In this document: positions 55,151 through 64,000 of the stretch, piece after piece
Position numbering within the stretch: the first letter of the stretch is position 1
Layout of the letters: every line of letters begins with the position of its first letter
Source: Macrostomum lignano
Lineage: Eukaryota
DNA length: 64,000 bases
Direction of reading: 5' to 3'
Assembly: GCA_002269645.1 (NCBI GenBank)
Contig: NIVC01002916.1
Coordinates: forward strand, 1-64,000
The notes under the pieces: generated by a model
The model's input: only the letters and a program-made list of their open reading frames with translations
Databases searched by the model: none
What the model was told of the DNA's origin: nothing
Position numbers and translations under genes: made by a program

Positions 55151-58136
55151 TTGGTCGGCGGGTTGTCGTTTTATTCATAAGATAATGCCTATGAGGGCCA
55201 TTAACCCCCACAGAGAGTGTACAATGTACGCCTGACGATTAGAAAGTCAGGGCAAGGACCAATGTATATTACATATATGCAGTGGTCCTTGAGTCAGGGC
55301 CACTGAACACCCTGTGTGAGGGTGCGTATGACAGTGGCCCTGTGTGAATGAGTGTGTTCCTGCATACAAGATGCTTTAATGTGCTTAGGAGTCCGCGGTA
55401 TAGAGAGATCGAATTGCCTCGGTGTCATGATGGGACGATATGTCACCGAAGGCGTTCATATCTTAAGGTGGCCCAAAAGACTCATGAATATTTGTATTAG
55501 TGTATCTATAATTAATTCAAGTACATGTAAATGCATTCTGACACCCAGAAACTTTGATCTATTGAATTTAGATATTTTGACGCTTCAGCTTATTGACATT
55601 TTGGAGAACGGACATATGCACGCAGTGTTTTATGATTTATTGATTTATTAAAATAAAATTAGTACTTAAAACTCAATAAAAATCTCTAAAATGAAATAAA
55701 ACTGCCAGAACACAGATGATTTTGGTTTAGTGCATAAAGTAAAAATAAGTCATTTTAAATCAAACTATTCCAAGAACTTAGACCTGCCACAGGCTTGGAA
55801 AAGTTTGTCTTAGTATTTTACGCCGAACTCAGCTTACCTGCTGTATGTATGTATTGTATCCCAATGCAAATTTAGTGGCAGAAATAGCTGTGTAGCTTAT
55901 TTTTTACTTTTTAGCTTTTTATTTTATAAGTGCCTAGGCCTATCACTTAATTTCATTGATAGTTCATCCCTTCTATCAATTATCAATCGTAATGAGAAAT
56001 GTCCTATTGCAATTTGATTGACATGTCCCATCTAAGTCGTTTCAGTTTAAAAAATGTACAAGGAATGTCGTCATCCCCTGCGTCGAGCACAACGTATGTT
56101 TTATTTCTGATTGGCAATTAAATTATAAAACAAACTTTGTTTAACAAAGTACCCCCATATTTTTAGCTTTTATAAAAATAGGCCTCAAAGTTATATGTAG
56201 GGCTCACTTATTGTAATTTGATGTGTTTCACACATAATTTTAATTATAGTGGTAGATAATAGTCAATATTTTCAAAAAGAGAAACTTGCTTATGTGAATT
56301 AAAAATCTAAGAAATCAAGGCAATAGTTATTTTTTCTTTTATAAAATACACTAATATTTCAATAAAAATTTAATTTTAAAATCAATATTGATTTCAATTC
56401 CAAATTGAAATTTATATTTATATTTTATTGCATGAAATATATTTCAGTCCTTCAGTATAAGTTAATAATCAATCTATGTTTAATGTAATTTATTCCTTTA
56501 GTTTATTTCTATTATTGATATTTAATATATTCTATTTCAAAAATTAAACATATGGGCTATGGCAAAATCCAAAAATTAGGGGCAAGTTTTTTGAAAATTT
56601 GTTTTTTGGCAATTTGAAAACAATAAAGCTATTAAAATTTATTTGAGTTTCTAAAAAGTTAGAAATATCTATAATTTATAAAAGCACAAATTATGTATAT
56701 ATAGCCTTATTTTTAATAAAAATGATTTGTTAAAACAGTTGATTAAATTACAACTAAAATGACTCAAAATGATAGAAAAGCTCTAATAATATATTTATTA
56801 ACTTTATAAGTATCTTATAATATTACATTCTATAATGCTACAACATTAAACATTTTTTAAGGTTTATTTGTTTATCACTTTTTTTTACTATTGATAATGT
56901 GTTTTTTGTAGAGTTTATTTGCAATAAATACTGTATTCAATATAAGTTTATTATTTAGGCATACAAATTCCTGTAAAGATTAGAAAATTGCATTTTACTC
57001 AGCTTTTACTAAAGCAATTTGGAAATTCTTTTTTTCCTGCATACATGCTGATACATATAATATATATTTAAGTGTTATTTCATTGTTCTTCGTTGCTTAA
57101 TAAGCATACAGTAAGCATCTAATTTGGAAGCCAGATAACACATTGGAATTCCCATGAGGATCAGAAAATTGCATTTTACTCAGCTTCCACTTAAACCATT
57201 TTGTAAAATTCTTTTTTTCCTGCATACATGCTGCAATAATTTCATTGTTCTTTGTTGCCTCATAAGCTTACAGGAAGCATTTGATTTGGATGTTGGGTTC
57301 ACATTTTGTGGTACCATTTTTACCCAAAAATTTAAGTCTAAATATAGGCATATTTTATATACTAATACTATACAAGTTGATATTTAAATGAAAGAAAACA
57401 ACTTAAAGATTATTTTGTAACAAGGAATTAGTAGTATATTTACTTTTAGAGAAAGATGTTTCTTGGCAAACTTTGCACAATTGCACTTTAAATTGTATGA
57501 ATTTTTGCAAGTTTATATGGCTTTAGAAAAACTTGGAAATCCTTAGAAATTCTTCATCTTTTTGAATAAAATAGAAAGTAAAACACAGAATACCATCAAA
57601 CTTACTTTTTTGTAAGTAGTGAAAAAATTAGCTTCTCTAAGGTCTACAAGTCTTAAAATTAATTGTTTATAAATGAAAAAAGTGAAACAAAAAATTGCGA
57701 TTTGGTCAACTTGGACTTTTAAAATGCTTTTTTTGTGGTTTTTACTCATTTATTTAGTGATGTAAAGCATGAACACAATAGTTTTTATCCAAAACTATTT
57801 TTAAAGACTTATCTATCTTTCAAAAAGCTTTTTTTAGATACATTACCTTCTGTTGAATGTCCACAAATTTGTTTTACCATTTTATCCCACATTTTTGTAT
57901 TTCACCATATAGGTGTATAGCTTTTACTGTTTAAAACTATGTCTAAATTATTGATAATGCACCTTTATTACTAGAATAGTACCTTGTAGAAGTGAGGAAC
58001 TCTGTAGAAGTGAAACTATTAGTTTTATAATTATTAACAACTAATAGTTTTTTGTATTTTTTAATGCAACATTTATTTTTATTCAGTTATTTTTTAATTA
58101 TATGCTATTACACTAGCTATATAAATTCCTTTTTAG

Positions 58137-60958
58137 GTGGGAAGCCTAACTTTACACTAGCTGGGATCAGCTATGATGATGGTAAGCAATGATCACCAGT
58201 TTTTTTCATATTTAGCTTTATAGATATCAAAAATCATATAGGACACTTTCACTTTATTTTTCACTTCTCTATTCAGCTCCAGAGCAGATCCTGGACAAGG
58301 TCGAGTCTGCATTTGCAGCTGACCAACTCGATGCTGAGGGAGTGCAGCGCCGGATTCACCTGTGCAATGCCTTGGTTCGTCTGTCCAAGCGCTTGCTGGC
58401 GTCTATTGACGTTGATGACATCTTCAGCAGGTGAGGCTGGCCTCATCTCACCACTTGTTGCCAGTTTTGTATAGATAATGCTTGTGGACATGCCTCTTTT
58501 AATTGGTGAAGTGAATTCTGCTACTTCACCTACCCACCCCTATCTACTCCACCCTTGAACTGACGCACGCTCCGCCCCACCCCGCCGCAGCCTGGTGCCC
58601 GGCTTCTTCCAGGAGTGCCCAGAGCTGCGGGCGGCGCTGCTCCGGTGCGTGCGCAAATTTTTGGTCGACGATGTCGCCGTCCACAGCTTTTTGAAGTTTC
58701 GCTTGGACATCTGCATTGCCAGGTGAGACAGTCAATGTACTTTAGTATTCTTGTCAAAGTGTACTTCAGTATTCTTGTCAGAGTGTACTTCAGTATTGTC
58801 AAAGTGTACTTCAGTATTCTTGTCAAAGTGTACTTCTCAGTATTCTTGTCAGAGTGTACTTTAGTATTCTTGTCAGAGTGTACTTTAGTATTCTTGTCAA
58901 AGTGTACTTCAGTATTCTTGTCAGAGTGTACTTCAGTATTCTTGTCAAAGTGTACTTCTCAGTATTCTTGTCAGAGTGTACTTCAGTATTCTTGTCAAAG
59001 TGTACTTCAGTATTCTTGTCAAAGTGTACTTCTCAGTATTCTTGTCAGAGTGTACTTTAGTATTCTTGTCAGAGTGTACTTCAGTATTCTTGTCAAAGTG
59101 TACTTCAGTATTCTTGTCAGAGTGTACTTCAGTATTCTTGTCAAAGTGTACTTCAGTATTCTTGTCAGAGTGTACTTCAGTATTCTTGTCAAAGTGTACT
59201 TCAGTATTCTTGTCAAAGTGTATTATCCATGCCCCACCCCAGGTGCCTGGATCTCGGCTCACTAGATGAGGAGCCATCAGCCGGTCTGCTGCAGCAGTCG
59301 GAGCGCTTCCAGGCCATGAAGCTGATCAACGCGCTGCTGCACCGAAGCCCACGCCGGGTCACAGCCGCTCTGGTGCAGCCGCTTCTGGCCATCTGCCGGC
59401 ACGCCGAGCGGGACGAGCGTCGGGACCGACTGATGCGCGCCGCAGTGCTGGCGCTGGCTGAGCTGGCGCTGCTCAACCCGCCCGCCGTGGCGCCCGGACT
59501 TGGCGCCCTCCTTCAGGTGCGAAAGTTTAAAGCCATGAAATCCCATGGGAACTTTGTAGGCTGGGATTTGAATCATGGGATTTTTGCAGATTGGGATTTG
59601 AATCATGGGATTTGTGCAGGTTGGGATTTGAATCATGGAATTTTTGCAGGTTGGGATTTGAATCATGGGATTTGAATTATGGGATTTGTGTGGGTTGGGA
59701 TTTGAATCATGGGATTTGTGTAGGTTGGGATTTAAATCATGGGATTTGTGTGGGTTGGGATTTGAATCATGGGATTTGTGTGGGTTGGGATTTGAATCAT
59801 GGGATTTGTGTAGGTTGGGATTTGAATCATGGGATTTGTGTGGGTTGGGATTTGAATCATGGGATTTGTGTGGGTTGGGATTTGAATCATGGGATTTGTG
59901 TAGATTGGGATTTAAATCATGGGATTTGTGTGGGTTGGGATTTGAATCATGGGATTTTTGCAGGCTAGGATTTGAATCATGGGATTTTTGCAGGCTGGGA
60001 TTTAAAAAGTGTTTTGGTGCTTTGGAAAAAGCAATATTTTTTGGGATTCTTCCTTCGGTTCCCAATCCGGTTCCAATTTGCCTCCCCAACAGGCCAGCCT
60101 GGAGGCGCCGCTGCCCCCGCGCTGCACCGAAGCGCTGGTGGCCGCCCTGGCCAGCTTGCTGAATTCGCCTGACGGCCGGCAGCATTGGGGCGCCGTCCGA
60201 GCCTGCCTTGACTACCTGACCGGCCCGCTGGCCGGCTCCGAGCTCCGGGCCGACGGCCGGCGCGGCCAGCAGCGCGGCGGCGGCGGCGGCGGCGGCGGCT
60301 TTGTCGGCGGCAGCGGCCGGCCAGCTCTGCTGTCGCTGTTCCGCAGCTGGCCGGGCCTCCTGGCCTCCCGGCCTCCGCGCAGCCTCGTCGCCATGCTGGG
60401 CGTGCAGAACAGCCCCGGCGCCGTGCTGGACCTGCTGCACTTCTACTTCGACCTGTTCCTGGTGCGCCGGCCGCCGCCGGGTCTCCAGCTGGGCTGTCGC
60501 CAGCTGGCTGACGCCGTGCGCACGCCCAGCCCCGCCTGGGACCTCGCCGACGGTTTCGTGGCTGCTGAAGGCTGCGACTTGGTGCCGCCGCCGTCTGGGG
60601 GCCCCGAGCTGCGGCCCGCCCAGGCCCACCAGGCCCTGCTGCTGCAGCAGTTCGCCTGCCTCGGCCTGCTGCGCTCCCTGGCCGGCCTTCTCACTGCCGA
60701 CTCGCCCGCCCTGGCCGGCGGCGCCGCCCTGCTGCTCGGCGAGCTGCTCTTCCGCTGCCGCCTGCTGCCGCCCGGCGCCCTTGGCGACACCGACCCGGCC
60801 GCGTGTTTGGCGCCGCTGCTTGACAGCGGGGCGGGGCGCCAGGCTCTGCTGCTGGTGTCCGCTGTGCAGGTGACCGCAGCTACTGGCCTGTGTCTGTCTG
60901 TCTGTCTGTCTGTCTTAGTGTCTTAGTGTCTGTCTGTCTGTCTGTCTTAGTGTCTTAG

Positions 60959-60995
<37 letters not shown>

Positions 60996-60998
60996 CAG

Positions 60999-61039
<41 letters not shown>

Positions 61040-61050
61040 TAGTGTCTTAG

Positions 61051-61091
<41 letters not shown>

Positions 61092-61382
61092 TAGTGTCTG
61101 TCTGTCTGTCTGTCTTAGTGTCTTAGTGTCTGTCTGTCTGTCTGTCTGTCTTAGTGTCTGTCTGTCTGTCTTAGTGTCTGTCTGTCTGTCTTAGTGTCTG
61201 TCTGTCTGTCTGTCTGTCTTAGTGTCTGTCTGTCTGTCTGTCTTAGTGTCTTAGTGTCTGTCTGTCTGTCTGTCTGTCTTAGTGTCTGTCTGTCTGTCTT
61301 AGTGTCTGTCTGTCTGTCTTAGTGTCTGTCTGTCTGTCTGTCTGTCTTAGTGTCTGTCTGTCTGTCTGTCTTAGTGTCTTAG

Positions 61383-61419
<37 letters not shown>

Positions 61420-63702
61420 TAGTGTCTGTCTGTCTGTCTGTCTTAGTGTCTTAGTGTCTGTCTGTCTGTCTGTCTGTCTTAGTGTCTGTCTGTCTGTCTC
61501 TCTGTCTGTCTGTCTGTCTGTCTGTCGGTCTGTCTGTCTGTCGGTCTGTCAATCTGCCCGTCCACCTGCCTATATATCTTAATTTTTTTCAGTGCATGTC
61601 TTTCTGGCTTGCCTGTCTGTGCCTTGATGACAGTTTTTTCTTTGTAGTTGTACTTTTCTGTCGCTCCAAGCTTTATACTTATTAGTACACATTCTATTTT
61701 CCTTTTCCATCGCATACACAGACGTACCATTGCAGTATTAATTTGCTGTTTTTATGAGGCTGGCGGGGCGTCAGTATTGCTATGCTAAGTCAAGGGAGCT
61801 TGGGGAGGGTGCCTGCTTCGTGCTGAGTGACGGAATTCGCGCATCAGTGGAGCCTGCTAGAAGGGCATCCGTGACAAAAGTGCTGCTAAATATTTATATT
61901 GTTTGTCTTCCAACCAGGGCGCTAAGAAATAAGGTCAGCTACATCAGCTGTATTTCTGTCGCCCCCCGGCCAATTAGCCCGACACCGGGCTTGCTTCTGT
62001 TTTGATCAGAATAGAAATTGCCGTGCACTTTTATACTTGTCATTAAGGGACAAAAGCTGGGCTGAATTCGAACTGCCTCAAAGCGTTGTGAGATTTCATT
62101 GAGGCAGTTTGTAGTCAGCTGCAGCGTGCCGATCCCCTACTTCGCATCCCATTGTGCGCTGCCCCTGCTTGTGTGGCTATAAATATTTTAGCGTCTGCCC
62201 GCCTGCGCTGCGTGCCTGGGATCGGGCAAGTGGAGGCTTGTCTGCGTCAGGCCCTTTTGTCACTGGCATCGGGAGGGGGAAAGTCAGACAGGGATTTGGG
62301 GGCCGAGTGTCTGTCTGCTGCACTTTATTTATTTATTTAAGCTGCCGCAGTTACCCCTGAAAATGCATTAATTATTCATTTCGGCGATTGCAATTCCAAA
62401 TTAGGAAAAAATAGCGTTTTTATGGCGGGATTATAAAATTGGGATTTCTAATTGACTGCCTCCCCGCCCCACCCCCGCCAGACGGCTCGGGCTCGGCCGC
62501 CTCGGGCCAGCTCCGTCTACCTGGCCCACCTGCTCGGCCAGGCGTCCTGTCGCCATGGTAACAGTCGACTTGGCGTCGGCGCCAGCTGTGCCAATTCGCG
62601 CGCCTCCGACCTGCCGCTGGTGCCGCCCGACGCTGGCGCCGCTGCCGACTGCGGTGACGGCGCCGACCTCTCCGCGCCGCTGCCTTCGCTGTCCGGCGCT
62701 GGGTCGCCGCAGTCAGCCGGCGGCTGGCAGGCGGACCCGGACTGCTGGCCTTGGCCGGAGCTGCCCGGCTTTCTCAGGCGCCTGGCCGCTGCCGACTCCC
62801 GGCGGCTGTTTGCCAGCGTCGGCTCCGGCGGCTCCTCCGGCCGACTTAACGACGCCTGGCTGGGGCTGTGCAGGCGGCTGTGCAGCTTCTACTCGCCCTC
62901 CGCGCTGGCCGCCCGCCCGCTGGACTGGCCCCACGCCAAGGACGCCGGCCTGTCCGCGCCGCATTTCGGCCGCCTGCTGGGCCGCCTGGCCGACCGCTGC
63001 CGCGTCCTGCACGCCTCCGCCTTCGACTTGGCGGCCGCCTGCGCCCGATTCTTTGACGAGGCCGCCGCCAAGCAGTCTGTGGCCATCGAGCTGGAGACCT
63101 CGTGCGCCCGGTGCGCTCTGCTGGTGGCCGCCTCCCTGCCGCCCGAGCTGCTCAACTCGACAGGCCTGTCGGTTGCTCTGGACCGCCTGCTCTCGGGTCC
63201 GCCCGGGCCCGCCAAGCTGCTGCTGGCCTCGCTGGACTACGCCAGGGGCGACTTCGGCCGGCGGGTGCTTCGCAAGGCTGTGGCGCCAGGCTCTAGCGCG
63301 GCCTCTGGCGCCGCCGCCTCCTCTGCCGGCGTAACCGCTGGCGCCGGCGTCGCCTCGGGTTCCTCAGCCGCGTCGAGCGGTCATTCGGCGGCCGGCACTG
63401 CAGCCGGTGCCGTCGGACCGTCGGCGTCGGCGGCCTCGATGACGAACGTCGCCCTGGCTGACGCGCCGCCTTCGGAGACCCGGCAGTTTGGCGTCCGCCT
63501 GCTGACGCTGCTGCTGCGGCTCGGCCTGGCCTGGGCCTGGGGGCCCGACCTGCTGCTGCGCCTGCTGCCCGACCCTGACGCCGCCGTGCAGGCCGCCGCC
63601 TTGGCCGCCTTGGAGGAGACCTGCGACCATCTGCAGCAGCAGCACTGGCTGAGCTCCTGCCTGCTGCGCCTGCCGGCTGCGGCCGCCCAGATTGGCGAAC
63701 AG
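58137..63702 (+). CDS. RICTOR: RICTOR (mTORC2 scaffold), 5' part; exons 58137-58181, 58277-58430, 58591-58722, 59243-59516, 60093-60869, 62482-63702; continues past the window
   Basis: All junctions are GT-AG and phase-consistent. Peptides [89 protein letters not shown] and ALEETC match remembered RICTOR N-terminal and middle regions. The first coding exon was not located. Confidence 0.9.
58734..59221. repeat. 24-bp minisatellite filling a RICTOR intron
   Basis: Unit gtgtacttcagtattcttgtca(a/g)a. Confidence 0.96.
59558..60003. repeat. 30-bp minisatellite filling a RICTOR intron
   Basis: Unit gggatttgaatcatgggatttgtgtgggtt. Confidence 0.95.
60889..61545. repeat. (GTCT)n microsatellite with TTAGT interruptions
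   Basis: Visible directly in the RICTOR intron. Confidence 0.96.
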
Positions 63703-64000
63703 GTGAGATTTCTTTCCAGGGTGAGATTTCCATACAGAGTGAGATTTCCATGCAGGGTGAGATTTCCATGCAGGGTGGGATTTCCATGCAGGGTGGGATT
63801 TCCATGCAGGGTGGGATTTCCATGAAGGGTGGGATTTCCATCCAGGGTGGGATTTCCATGCAGGGTGAGATTTCCATGCAGGGTGGGATTTCCATGCAGG
63901 GTGAGATTTCCATGCAGGGTGAGATTTCCATGCAGGGTGGGATTTCCATGCAGGGTGAGATTTCCATGCAGGGTGAGATTTCCATGCAGGGTGGGATTTC
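63703..64000. repeat. 18-bp minisatellite starting exactly at a RICTOR splice donor
   Basis: Unit gtgagatttccatgcagg (variant gtggga). Confidence 0.95.

Noticed and set aside
59277-60790. Minus-strand ORFs over RICTOR exons, and similar antisense ORFs over ARL6, nanos and the tetraspanin-like gene
   Set aside because: Shadow ORFs caused by high GC3 in the real coding strand.

Overview
This is eukaryotic (metazoan) genomic DNA, not prokaryotic. GC-rich spliced exons sit among AT-rich spacers and about 30 unrelated micro/minisatellite arrays, which cover roughly 24 kb (about 38%) of the window by my summed coordinates. That architecture resembles a Macrostomum-type flatworm genome (inference). 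Genes supported from sequence: intronless ARL6/BBS3 (+, 1441-1986); a two-exon divergent tetraspanin-like 4-TM protein (+, 6671-8763); a two-exon nanos (-, 10895-11620); a cAMP-dependent protein kinase catalytic subunit (-, 16372 to at least 30873, probably 38617); a small Rdx/SelW/MIEN1-like ORF lacking the redox cysteines (+, 40483-40803); and the 5' part of RICTOR (+, 58137 to beyond the window end). A 5'-truncated RNase H-bearing LINE with a perfect 14-bp target-site duplication lies in a PKA intron. The most notable system is the PKA-C locus. It has two tandem 127-nt mutually exclusive exons encoding different versions of the catalytic-loop segment, an array of phase-1 alternative N-terminal exons (none giving MG- at the start), and a GC-AG intron after the first shared exon. 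Nearly all long ORFs in the ORF track are artefacts of stop-free tandem repeats. All calls come from manual reading; no database search was run.
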